From Candidatus Dojkabacteria bacterium (GTDB taxonomy: Bacteria > Patescibacteriota > Dojkabacteria > GCA-002793355): DNA of 64,000 nucleotides. Below, in pieces: positions 9,987-19,127 of this stretch. The position numbers and the translations under genes are program-made. The notes under the pieces are model-generated. The model was not told where the DNA came from and ran no database searches. It worked only from the letters and a program-made list of their open reading frames with translations. Location: assembly GCA_030583685.1 (NCBI GenBank), contig CP129470.1, positions 635,412 through 699,411 of the forward strand, given 5' to 3'. The first letter of the stretch is position 1, and each line of letters opens with the position of its first letter.

Positions 9987-11333
9987 TTATCGTTTCAAAG
10001 TTAAATTGTTAATTTGTGATTGAATTTGTTCAAGTTCGTTTCTGGTGACTGCCCCTCGATCCTCATATTGTAGGAATTCTCGGCGTAAGGTTTCTTCCCA
10101 GATGCCATAGTCAAAGAGAGGCCAGCTTTTCATACCTGGGGCCATTTCTATGATTGCGCCAATGTACGGTGCATCTTGCTGCTCTGACGCCATGGATTTA
10201 ATTGGATAGGGATTCCCGATAATCCTTAGCTCTGTTTGTTTTGCATAAATTCTGCGAAGTTGTTCTGGTTCGCCGAGCCATTTTAAAAATTTCCAAGCCT
10301 CCTCTGGATTTTTAGATTTTTTAGAAACAACGTCAACCCAATAAGAGGCATAATACTGAGGTACACCAGGATTTGCTCCAGGAAGTACAGGGATTGGTAA
10401 GGCCTCAAAACGGAGAGAGGAGTTCATGCCTACTAAGTCTATAACACGCCAGCTTGGCGCAATCATCATAGCAAGTCGACCACTTGCGAACGCTTGCAGA
10501 TCGTCTTCCATTCTCGACGACCATGCGCCTACGCGGGAAAACTCAAAGAATCTGTTGACCGCTGCAACGCCGCCATCAGTTGCAAATGTTGCCGATACTG
10601 CACCATTCGTTTGGTTAATCGTAACAATCGGAACAGACGCTTGCGTCAACATTGCGAGTAATATTTCTGGTGAGCTTCGAACATTGGAGAAGCTTCCCAT
10701 ATTGATACCGGCAACTTTAATTGTGCCGTTTGTGTTTTTTTCAGAAAGTTGCAACGCTGTTTGCAGGGTGACATCCCAATCGCGTGTTGCTGTTCGGGGA
10801 TCGGTAATTTCGGCCTTGTCAAATAAATCTTTATTGTAGAGTAAAACCAAACCATCAATAATTTGCGGTGAGGCAAATACCTGATTGTTCGATGAAGTAA
10901 TTGCATCTGCAATGGCAGGATAATAGAGATCTCGTGCTTGCACCCCGGTCATGACCGTATTAGGAGCAGGTGCCAACTGCGGAAGCAATTTCGCTACCCA
11001 CGCCTGATGGACACGAACAATATCTACCGTCCCGCTATTTAAGCGTTCTTCCATATCAACCTGGTGGACACCTTGATAAGCAAGGTTTGGCGAGTTTTTA
11101 AAGGTTGCTTTTGTATAGATTATTTTAACGTGAGGATTATTATTCTGATATTCCTGAATCAAAGGTTCGTAAATCGAAGCATCGTCCCATAAACCGATAT
11201 AGTTCAACTCAACTGATCCTCCTGAACTGCCTGATTTGTTGTATTGTTGGTAAACAAAGAATGCGATGACAGCTACAATAGTGACAATACCTATGATAAG
11301 GAGGGCAAGCAACGGTCCTCGTTTGTTATTCAT
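9987..11333 (-). CDS. membrane-anchored extracellular protein, possibly solute-binding-protein-like
   Basis: 448 aa with an N-terminal TM anchor (LLALLIIGIVTIVAVIAFFVY). Translationally coupled to the sortase gene: its start overlaps the sortase stop at 11333. Fold assignment is weak. Confidence 0.5.
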   Translation of the reverse strand: MNNKRGPLLALLIIGIVTIVAVIAFFVYQQYNKSGSSGGSVELNYIGLWDDASIYEPLIQEYQNNNPHVKIIYTKATFKNSPNLAYQGVHQVDMEERLNSGTVDIVRVHQAWVAKLLPQLAPAPNTVMTGVQARDLYYPAIADAITSSNNQVFASPQIIDGLVLLYNKDLFDKAEITDPRTATRDWDVTLQTALQLSEKNTNGTIKVAGINMGSFSNVRSSPEILLAMLTQASVPIVTINQTNGAVSATFATDGGVAAVNRFFEFSRVGAWSSRMEDDLQAFASGRLAMMIAPSWRVIDLVGMNSSLRFEALPIPVLPGANPGVPQYYASYWVDVVSKKSKNPEEAWKFLKWLGEPEQLRRIYAKQTELRIIGNPYPIKSMASEQQDAPYIGAIIEMAPGMKSWPLFDYGIWEETLRREFLQYEDRGAVTRNELEQIQSQINNLTLKR

Positions 11334-12112
11334 TAAATTCTGTCAGCAATAACAATTAATCTTTTTGTTCCAATGCCGAGTGGCCAACAGGTAAGCAGTA
11401 TTGCTCGTTCTTTCTCTGTCGAATCGGTCATAAAACCGAGGTCTTGAGCTTCAATAATTTTTTTGCTCGAAACAACATACCGAAGCTCTTTGCCATCTCG
11501 CTCTATGGTCATTGTATCACCAATCGAAACAGCATCAAGACGTGAAAAGACAATTTGGGGACTACTTCTTCCCGCGAAAAAACCAGTCACGCCGCTGTGA
11601 CCGTAAATAACGGTTAATCCATTGTCTCCAGGGACTGCAGTTCCCTTGAGATGGGCAACACCGTACTTGAGCGCTTCGTCATATATTTCTGGATTACTCC
11701 CCGGTATATTGGCAGCTAAGTTAATTCTCATAATATTTGCACGAGGAATACTCAGTTTCATGGATTTCTTGTAGCCAGTATCGATGACGAGTGAATGGTT
11801 CTGTGCAACGACAGCTTCAAACCAATCAGATCCTGGATCAATGTATTTGGTTGTTCCGAGTCTTTCTATAAACTCTTGCGTTACGGGCATAAACATCGCA
11901 CTCGTTGAAGAAAGGGGAAGTCCGGCAAGCATTGACCATCCCAAGGGTATTATTTGACTTAGGATAAGCACGAGTCCACCGATAAGAAGAAGTCTGGGAA
12001 AGAGTGAATACGAAGTAGTTTTCTTTTTCGTTCTTTTTACAACTGCCGATTGTTGGGAGTTCTGCTTAGCACCTTGTTGTCTGGTATCAATTTTTGGTAA
12101 AATCGGGAGCAT
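11333..12112 (-). CDS. sortase-family transpeptidase
   Basis: N-terminal TM segment. Catalytic TLxTC motif (AILLTCWP) and the conserved His region (VIYGHSG). 259 aa. Confidence 0.7.
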   Translation of the reverse strand: MLPILPKIDTRQQGAKQNSQQSAVVKRTKKKTTSYSLFPRLLLIGGLVLILSQIIPLGWSMLAGLPLSSTSAMFMPVTQEFIERLGTTKYIDPGSDWFEAVVAQNHSLVIDTGYKKSMKLSIPRANIMRINLAANIPGSNPEIYDEALKYGVAHLKGTAVPGDNGLTVIYGHSGVTGFFAGRSSPQIVFSRLDAVSIGDTMTIERDGKELRYVVSSKKIIEAQDLGFMTDSTEKERAILLTCWPLGIGTKRLIVIADRI

Positions 12113-12139
12113 TACTTAGTATAAAGAAAGTAGTAAACT

Positions 12140-13249
12140 ATGTCAAAATCGGGAAAAAATTATTATGACGTTCTCGGAGTTCCCAAAACTGCGAGTGTCG
12201 AAGAAATAAAACGTGCGTATCGTAAGCTTGCTGCGAAGTTTCATCCAGATCGCAACAAAGAAAAGGATGCGGAAGAGAAATTCAAAGAAGTTGGTGAAGC
12301 ATACGAAATTCTTTCAAATCCACAGAAACGACAAATGTACGATCAATACGGGGAAGCCGGTGTGCAAGGCGGATTTGGTGGTGGTCAGGGTTCACCGATG
12401 GGTGGTGACTGGTCTCAGTATTCACAAGTGTTTGATATGGGGGATATGGGTGACCTATTTGGAGGCTTATTTGGAGATTTTTTTGGAAGGCAATCAGGTG
12501 GTGGGCGACGTGCAAGAAGGACTGATCAGTCTGAGCCAGGTGAAGATAGAGAATTAACCATTAAAATTCCCTTTGAAACAGCAAACCAAGGTGGCGAAGT
12601 AACCATTGAATACGAGCGGTATGGTACCTGTAAAGGATGTAAAGGAACCGGAAGTACAACGCAAAAGACAACGGATTGTTCTCGCTGTCAAGGAAGTGGT
12701 ATGGTGCAGTTTCAGCAGGCAACGCTATTGGGAAGTTTTATGTATCAATCACCGTGTCCAACCTGTCAAGGAACCGGTAAAACAGTATCTGACCCCTGTT
12801 CTCAGTGCAAAACGACAGGTCGCGTAACAGAGAAGGTTCATTTGGACATCAAGATTCCGCAAGGGTCGTATGATGGTTTAACACTTCGTTTTAGAGGCGG
12901 AGGAAATGTTGGAAAGACCAATGGTCCGAGCGGTGATTTATTCTTGACAATGTCCGTTGCAGATTTTCATACCTACCGTCGCGACAGAGAAACACTCTTT
13001 GGAGAACTTCAACTTCATCCTGCACAGGCAACGTTGGGAGCAAGGCTTGATATTACAACGCCGTATGGCACGCAACGCATTACAGTTCCAGCTGGAACAC
13101 AACCGGGAGAAGTCATTACGGTCAAAGGCGCCGGTGCCTACAAATTAGGAAGCAACTCAAAAGGTGAACTGAAGTTGTCAGTCAAAGTACTCATCCCTAA
13201 GAAGTTGTCGCGAGAAGAGCGGAAAAAGTGGGAAGCAATGGTGGAGTAA
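12140..13249 (+). CDS. dnaJ: molecular chaperone DnaJ
   Basis: J-domain ([32 protein letters not shown]), G/F-rich linker and four CxxCxGxG zinc-finger repeats ([32 protein letters not shown]). Confidence 0.95.
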   Translation: MSKSGKNYYDVLGVPKTASVEEIKRAYRKLAAKFHPDRNKEKDAEEKFKEVGEAYEILSNPQKRQMYDQYGEAGVQGGFGGGQGSPMGGDWSQYSQVFDMGDMGDLFGGLFGDFFGRQSGGGRRARRTDQSEPGEDRELTIKIPFETANQGGEVTIEYERYGTCKGCKGTGSTTQKTTDCSRCQGSGMVQFQQATLLGSFMYQSPCPTCQGTGKTVSDPCSQCKTTGRVTEKVHLDIKIPQGSYDGLTLRFRGGGNVGKTNGPSGDLFLTMSVADFHTYRRDRETLFGELQLHPAQATLGARLDITTPYGTQRITVPAGTQPGEVITVKGAGAYKLGSNSKGELKLSVKVLIPKKLSREERKKWEAMVE

Positions 13250-13305
13250 AAAACTTAAAGCAGTTAATGCAAGAAAAGCTTTAAAGAGAAAAAATTTGAA
13301 GGTGT

Positions 13306-13833
13306 TTGGAGAAATTGACCTTGCATGGCAAATGGGAAAATGATATAATATGTGGTATGGGTTCAATTTCAGAACCAACAGTTCAAGTTTCTCTAGATTA
13401 TGATCCAACGTTAGCGCCGGAAATTTCACAAGGATTTGTTGATGCAGTATTGCGATCGACTTCACCTGTAGTGATGCTTCAGTTGCTTAACAAGCTTGGG
13501 GCGCGCATCGCAAGAATGAACGTGACGGAAGGATCAAAAGTTCTTTACAACATAACTGAAGGAGTTAGTCGGACTCCTTCGAATACTCCATTCGAATCGC
13601 TTAAGGATCAGTCTTCCTGTGACTTAGTTGGTCTCGCTTTGAAGCCTGGTGTGTATAGAACCGCTGGTGGACAGAAACTGACATGTATTGGTTCTGAACT
13701 GATGTTTGGTATTAGTATTATTGCTTCTGAACAAGGAGTGAATGAAGCTCTCTTTTTGCCCCCAATATTAAAACTTGAAATGGTACTTAAGGAATATGTT
13801 CGAAACAGTCAAGGAAATAAATTAACTCGATAG
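13306..13833 (+). CDS. hypothetical protein. The start may instead be the internal ATG at 13357, which lies directly downstream of a TGATATAAT extended -10
   Basis: 175-aa ORF with no recognisable motif. TGATATAAT at 13341-13349 sits inside the annotated 5' end, suggesting a shorter leaderless CDS. Confidence 0.4.
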   Translation: MEKLTLHGKWENDIICGMGSISEPTVQVSLDYDPTLAPEISQGFVDAVLRSTSPVVMLQLLNKLGARIARMNVTEGSKVLYNITEGVSRTPSNTPFESLKDQSSCDLVGLALKPGVYRTAGGQKLTCIGSELMFGISIIASEQGVNEALFLPPILKLEMVLKEYVRNSQGNKLTR

Positions 13834-13839
13834 AAAAAT

Positions 13840-14256
13840 ATGCCTGAACCAGAAATAAGAACTATGCCCTATGATTCTCAGCTTACTGTAGCTCGTAATC
13901 TCCTTAGTCATGCGTTAACAGGTAACTCAAGAGGTGCAGGCAACTACATAGGCTATATGAGTGAAATGGGGAAGTATGTTGCACTATATTTGGTTGGCAA
14001 TAACAATACAGAGACTGCAAGGCAGGTAGCCTTGACTGCTTTACGAAATAAAGTGAGTGAGTTACGGCAAGAAGGTCAAGAACTTAACAGATTTGCGTTA
14101 GGAATGTTGAGTCAAAGGGCAACAGACCGTACAACAAGTGATATTTTCACTTATTGGTTTGTTCAGGGGGCTGCTGCTAGTGGTGGAGGAAAAGAGGTGA
14201 GAGAGTCAATGAAGGGGATTATCTTTGATCTTCATCAAGAAGTTTTTGAGAGGTAG
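13840..14256 (+). CDS. hypothetical protein
   Basis: 138-aa ORF between dnaJ and nusA. Not RimP-like by motif. Confidence 0.4.
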   Translation: MPEPEIRTMPYDSQLTVARNLLSHALTGNSRGAGNYIGYMSEMGKYVALYLVGNNNTETARQVALTALRNKVSELRQEGQELNRFALGMLSQRATDRTTSDIFTYWFVQGAAASGGGKEVRESMKGIIFDLHQEVFER

Positions 14257-14274
14257 TCTCCCAACCCTCCTTTG

Positions 14275-14283
14275 TGATATAAT
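14275..14283 (+). promoter_or_regulatory. extended -10 element TGATATAAT upstream of nusA
   Basis: Exact TGnTATAAT about 30 nt upstream of the nusA ATG. The same 9-mer recurs at 13341 and 47305. Confidence 0.5.
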
Positions 14284-14314
14284 TCCCCAGTAACTAACAT
14301 CACGCCTTTTTCTC

Positions 14315-15406
14315 ATGAGTAATGAGCTCATTACTGCCGTCAATCAAATTTGCGCGGAACGTGGCATTGACCCAGCAGTTATTTTTACCGCCTTACAAAC
14401 CGCAATGGCCGACGCCTATCAAAAGGAAAACGGCGAAGACGCACGCGTAAAAGTCGAGATCGACAAACTTTCCGGACAGTTCCATATGTATGTGGTCAAG
14501 GAAGTTGTCAAAACAGTAACAGATGAAAAAAATCAACTTTCTCTCGCAGACGCTAAGAAGTATTCTAAGGAAGTAAAAGTTGGAGACGAACTCGAGCTTG
14601 AAATTCCTGTTGGCTCGCTTGGAAGAATTGCTGCACAGGTTGCAAAGTACACCGTTATGAGCAAGATTAGGGATGCAGAGCGTGAAGCAATGGTCGAATT
14701 CTACTCACAAAGACTTGGCGAAATTGTTACCGGTAAAGTACAAGGTGTTCGAGCAGATTTGATTCTTGTAGAATTAGAAAAGGGTGTTGGTGAAATGCCA
14801 GAAAACGAGCAAATCAAGGCAGAATTTTACGAAATTGGAAAACGATATCGCTTCTTGGTCAAGGAACTTATTAATGAGGAAAATAACCGACATGTCATCT
14901 TATCTCGAAGTGATGAAGGCTTTGTCCGTGCGTTATTTGCCATGGAAGTTCCAGAAATTGCCAATGAACAAGTCGAGATTAAAGGAATTGCACGATTTGC
15001 AGGAATGCGATCGAAGGTTGCCGTCGCGTCAAACCAAGACGGTCTTGACCCACAAGGTGCGTGTATCGGACAACGAGGAATGCGAATTAATGCAATTATG
15101 AACGAACTCGGTGAAGAAAAGGTCGACATTGTGAAATGGGACCTTGATATTGTTGAATATATTAAAAATGCGCTATCACCAGCAAATGTACTTGACGTGA
15201 AGTATAACCATACTCGCCAAGAAGCGGTGGTTGTTGTTGCAGAAGATCAACTTTCATTAGCAATTGGACGGGAAGGAACAAACGTTCGACTTGCTTCGAT
15301 TTTGACAGGTGTTGAGATTAGTGTTGTGCAAGAGGGAACTTCTGAGGAAGTGGTCGAAGCCGAGAAACCGGTGAAGAAAAAAAGAGTAGTAACGAAGAAG
15401 AAATAA
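14315..15406 (+). CDS. nusA: transcription termination/antitermination factor NusA
   Basis: Typical NusA N-terminal domain plus S1/KH arrangement (…AICAERGIDPAVIFTALQTAMADAY…). Directly followed by infB. Confidence 0.9.
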   Translation: MSNELITAVNQICAERGIDPAVIFTALQTAMADAYQKENGEDARVKVEIDKLSGQFHMYVVKEVVKTVTDEKNQLSLADAKKYSKEVKVGDELELEIPVGSLGRIAAQVAKYTVMSKIRDAEREAMVEFYSQRLGEIVTGKVQGVRADLILVELEKGVGEMPENEQIKAEFYEIGKRYRFLVKELINEENNRHVILSRSDEGFVRALFAMEVPEIANEQVEIKGIARFAGMRSKVAVASNQDGLDPQGACIGQRGMRINAIMNELGEEKVDIVKWDLDIVEYIKNALSPANVLDVKYNHTRQEAVVVVAEDQLSLAIGREGTNVRLASILTGVEISVVQEGTSEEVVEAEKPVKKKRVVTKKK

Positions 15407-15409
15407 TTT

Positions 15410-16984
15410 TTGGTTTATAACGAAATGGCAGACAATACGACAAAACTCATCAGAAATCCGATCGTTGTCGTGTTGGGTCACGTCGATCACGGAAAAACAT
15501 CATTATTGGACGCGATTCGTAATACGTCGGTGCAAACAGGTGAACCAGGGGGAATCACGCAGAATATCTATTTGTCTAATGTTGAGTGGAAAAATGAAAC
15601 CATTACTTTTGTTGATACTCCAGGTCACGAAGTGTTCAGTTTGATGCGTATTAATGGCGGAAAAGTTGCCGATATCGCTTTCTTAATTGTTGCAGCTGAC
15701 GAAGGGGTAAAACCTCAAACGCTGGAATCAATCGACATTATTCAATCAAATCACATGAAGTTTATCGTCGTGATTACAAAATGCGACAAAGAAGGTGCGA
15801 ATCCAGAAAAAATCAAGACAGAATTAGTCACACGTGGTGTGTATCTTGAAGGGTATGGGGGAGATGTTCCCTTTGTCGAAGTTTCGGCAATTACAAAGCA
15901 GGGGATTGATTCGTTACTCGACCTGGTTTTGTTGTACGCTGATGTCGAGAATCTTCTGACAGAAGATCAAGAGCGAGTCAAGTTAATCAATACATTTGGC
16001 GAAAGTAGCGAGAAAGTAAAGGTCCATGGCGTCGTCCTCGATAGTTCTGTTGACAAGGCTATGGGAAGGCAGGCATTTTGTGTTCTTCGTATGGGGTCCT
16101 TGAAGAAAGGTGATAGTTTATTGTTTGGGCCAAAGGTTGAGAGAGTTGGGCTTCTTTTTGATGCAAACAAAAAACCGATAACCGAAGTCACTCCAGGAAT
16201 GGCCTTTATTGTGACCGGATTGTCTGAATTACCCATGACTGGTGTTGATATTGTTGATACAGAATCTGAGGAAGTGAAGAATATTATTGAAAAGCAGTAC
16301 TCACTCCCCGTTGTCGGGCAAGAACAGGAAGAAAAATCGACGCAGGATTTGATAGATGATTTATTCGCGGACGAGCACGAAGTCATTATTCCAATTATTC
16401 TTAAAACGGATGTCAATGCCTCGTTGTTTTCAATTTTGCCAACATTCGAGAAATTTAATACCGATAAAGTGATGATTAAAGTCATCTCGAGCGGAGTTGG
16501 GGCATTGTCTATGAGTGACGTTGAAACCGCGAAAACCTTCAACGCCTTGCTTATCGGTTTTCGCGTCAAAGCAAACAACGAGGTGATCGAATTTGCAAAG
16601 CAACAGGGTGTCAAGCTCTCTACTTTTGATATTGTGTATCATCTCTACGATTTGATTCAGGAATACACTAAAAAGGCTCAGGATGGTGGTGAGATTCAAG
16701 AAGTTGTGTTGGGAACGGGTCGTGTCAAGAAGGTATTTGTTCTCTCCGATGGAGAAGTTGTTGCTGGAACCGTTATTACCGATGGAGAAGCACGACGAAG
16801 TGCTCTCGCTCGAGTTCTCAGGGAAGGTGAAATTATTGGTGATTATCCTATTCAATCACTGAAAATCCTCAAAGAAGAGAAGAATGTGGTCAAGAAAGGT
16901 TCAGAATGTGGAATCAATCTCGGAAAAGGCATAGCACTACAAGAGGAAGATACGATCACGTTTGTGGTGAAGAAATCTGAATAA
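15410..16984 (+). CDS. infB: translation initiation factor IF-2, short N-terminus
   Basis: G-domain motifs GHVDHGKTSLLD, DTPGHE, NKCD-like TKCD. 524 aa. Follows nusA. Confidence 0.9.
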   Translation: MVYNEMADNTTKLIRNPIVVVLGHVDHGKTSLLDAIRNTSVQTGEPGGITQNIYLSNVEWKNETITFVDTPGHEVFSLMRINGGKVADIAFLIVAADEGVKPQTLESIDIIQSNHMKFIVVITKCDKEGANPEKIKTELVTRGVYLEGYGGDVPFVEVSAITKQGIDSLLDLVLLYADVENLLTEDQERVKLINTFGESSEKVKVHGVVLDSSVDKAMGRQAFCVLRMGSLKKGDSLLFGPKVERVGLLFDANKKPITEVTPGMAFIVTGLSELPMTGVDIVDTESEEVKNIIEKQYSLPVVGQEQEEKSTQDLIDDLFADEHEVIIPIILKTDVNASLFSILPTFEKFNTDKVMIKVISSGVGALSMSDVETAKTFNALLIGFRVKANNEVIEFAKQQGVKLSTFDIVYHLYDLIQEYTKKAQDGGEIQEVVLGTGRVKKVFVLSDGEVVAGTVITDGEARRSALARVLREGEIIGDYPIQSLKILKEEKNVVKKGSECGINLGKGIALQEEDTITFVVKKSE

Positions 16985-17008
16985 ACTTTTGCTCTGACAA
17001 CCCATTAT

Positions 17009-17040
17009 TTCTTGATTTATCAAGAAGAGTGTCCTATAAT
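17009..17040 (+). promoter_or_regulatory. promoter TTGATT-17-TATAAT overlapped by a perfect 8-bp inverted repeat (TTCTTGAT-TT-ATCAAGAA). The -10 ends 5 nt before the ATG at 17046, consistent with a leaderless transcript
   Basis: Read directly: -35 at 17012-17017, -10 at 17035-17040, palindrome at 17009-17026. Confidence 0.45.
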
Positions 17041-17045
17041 ACTGC

Positions 17046-18629
17046 ATGGCAAATGAGGTGAACGCTTTGGCAGGAACAATCGCAAATGCAAAACGGCTTT
17101 TGCTGGTGGTTCATGAATACCTGCCTTTGCCACTTGCGTTGTGGATGAACTCTCTCGTTTCTCTTCTCAAAACACAAGATAAAGAGGTAACCGTTTTAGT
17201 TGCCCAGGAGATGAAAGGTTGGGCGCAACGAGTTGATGAACTCTATCCCGTTGATATGGTGGTATCGCTCGATCAGTTACGGCAAATCATTTCAATTCCA
17301 GTATCACACCAAGGTTCAGAAATTGGTGATGTCTCGTACCTTGTCGCGGAAGGGAACCTCGAGATTACCGTTGTACCGGTGAAAGAAACCCTTGAGACGG
17401 ATAAAATTACCACAAGGACTGAAGGAAAAATCTACGATGTCGTGGTTGGCGTTGGTGTATCTGCACGCCATCAGCTCCTACAGGTATTGCAAACTAATCA
17501 GGCGTCACTTTCTTCTGCAACAGGAATTTTTGTGGGTACGTTTGCGGTGGCTGGGGCATTGCAAGAAGTGTTACCATTTCTTGCAAAGGTCGAAACAATT
17601 GAGAAAGAAAGCGATTCATTTTTGAGAAAAGTACTTGAACAGATAACCGAGGGCAAAACATTGCTCTCGTCTCAGCGTGAGCTTGTTACTCTATTTATAC
17701 AAAGTATTGGCCTTTCGCAACAGCAGTTCGACTACATCGACCGAGCTGGCTATGAATATCTTGCGAAAATTTCAGCGGGCGACATGGACTCAGGGAGAAT
17801 GTCGTCGTTGTATGGTGGCGATTTTGCGAAGCAAAATCGCATACTCCAACAAATTCTGAGCGGAGCTCAGCAGTCAGATAACGGCGAGGTTTTGTTATTC
17901 ACTGTAAGAGCAACGCAGTTAGCACAGCTTCAAGTGACGGTTCAAGATGCAATTATCGCCCTGTATTATTTACCAAAGTATCCCCAAGTAAAACAAGTAG
18001 CTGTCGTGTTAGAAGAAAATCTCCAAACGCATCATGTGTATGTAACCGGAACTGAGGACAAAATTCAACAAGTTGCGATGAAATTTGGCTTTTCAAAGAC
18101 TCAGAAAATTTCAGGTGGCATAATTACTGGCCAAAGCTTCGAAAAAGTATGTCAAGATGTCTCTCGTGTACTAGGACATGAATTCCTGGTGTATCAAGAA
18201 CCGCAGGTTCAAACAGTGCCACAAAAACCGGTAAGAGTTATGTCTCAGACTGTATCTGCTCAAACTGCGGTTCCGATTGAAATTCAAGATAGTCCAACAA
18301 TTCCTGTCGCAGAAAAACCAGAGCCGCACCAAGAACCAATTGTACAACCATCACTTGATGAAGTCTTGGCGAATACGGTTCTTCCTCCAGAGGAAGATGC
18401 AGAAATCGATAGTGGAGAAGATTGGGATGCAACAGCTCCACAAACGGTTGCACCTTCATCACAAGAATCAAGACATCAATCAGGTTTTGTTCCTATTTCG
18501 GAAGCAGTTGCCCAAGTTGCGCAAGAAGTTGTTCCGCCTGAAAAGGCGCCTGTTGCACCTGTTGTAAGGACCTCGTCAGGTGTGGATTTTGCTGCAATCG
18601 CAAAGAAAATGCGAGAGAGTATTACATAG
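17046..18629 (+). CDS. hypothetical protein in the infB-rpsO interval, with an acidic/Pro-rich C-terminal region
   Basis: 527-aa ORF at the position where rbfA/truB/nrnA-type genes usually sit. No convincing DHH or other motif. Confidence 0.5.
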   Translation: MANEVNALAGTIANAKRLLLVVHEYLPLPLALWMNSLVSLLKTQDKEVTVLVAQEMKGWAQRVDELYPVDMVVSLDQLRQIISIPVSHQGSEIGDVSYLVAEGNLEITVVPVKETLETDKITTRTEGKIYDVVVGVGVSARHQLLQVLQTNQASLSSATGIFVGTFAVAGALQEVLPFLAKVETIEKESDSFLRKVLEQITEGKTLLSSQRELVTLFIQSIGLSQQQFDYIDRAGYEYLAKISAGDMDSGRMSSLYGGDFAKQNRILQQILSGAQQSDNGEVLLFTVRATQLAQLQVTVQDAIIALYYLPKYPQVKQVAVVLEENLQTHHVYVTGTEDKIQQVAMKFGFSKTQKISGGIITGQSFEKVCQDVSRVLGHEFLVYQEPQVQTVPQKPVRVMSQTVSAQTAVPIEIQDSPTIPVAEKPEPHQEPIVQPSLDEVLANTVLPPEEDAEIDSGEDWDATAPQTVAPSSQESRHQSGFVPISEAVAQVAQEVVPPEKAPVAPVVRTSSGVDFAAIAKKMRESIT

Positions 18630-18753
18630 AAAGCGTAAGTATATCACACCTCGCTTTATAGCTCTTGCATACGCAAGTTTCCTATGTTACAATTACTTCA
18701 CTGCACCTCATCCACAGATGAAGCAAACAGATAAAATTGTTTAATTTGCCACA

Positions 18754-19023
18754 ATGGCGTTAGTAAAAGACGAAAAAGCAGCTGTTATCAAAAAGTTTGG
18801 TCTCTCAGCAACTGATACTGGCTCACCAGAAGTGCAAATTGCTTTATTGACGGTACGTATTCAACGCTTGTCAGAGCACTTTACCAAGCATAATAAAGAT
18901 CACCACTCACGACGTGGTTTTATTAAGCTTGTTAAATTGCGACAAAGATTGCTTGCGTATCTCAAGAATGAGGATGAAGCACGCTATACGAAATTGATCG
19001 AATTACTCGGTCTTCGTAAATAA
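18754..19023 (+). CDS. rpsO: 30S ribosomal protein S15
   Basis: 89 aa. Sequence [55 protein letters not shown] matches S15. Followed by pnp. Confidence 0.95.
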   Translation: MALVKDEKAAVIKKFGLSATDTGSPEVQIALLTVRIQRLSEHFTKHNKDHHSRRGFIKLVKLRQRLLAYLKNEDEARYTKLIELLGLRK

Positions 19024-19127
19024 TAACAGAGTAACTGTCCTGTATTGTGCGTTCACGCATCAACATTGCGTTACCTGTTCTGGCGTAGTAGTATCTGAGA
19101 GGTATATAAAGTGTATTGTATTAGTCG

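Noticed and set aside
9987-11333. Confident call of ABC-transporter solute-binding protein
   Set aside because: Only general size and anchoring fit, with no family signature recognised and no adjacent permease or ATPase genes. Described generically instead.
15967-16614. Antisense ORFs inside infB, pnp (19658-20153), the Lon-like gene (21464-22088) and mutS (51102-52815)
   Set aside because: They lie fully within strongly supported conserved genes on the opposite strand and have low-complexity composition. These are typical spurious shadow ORFs.
17046-18629. Assigning the 527-aa protein as NrnA/DHH phosphoesterase or TrpD-like on the basis of position and faint motifs
   Set aside because: The DHH and DHHA1 signature residues could not be identified. 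Left as hypothetical.
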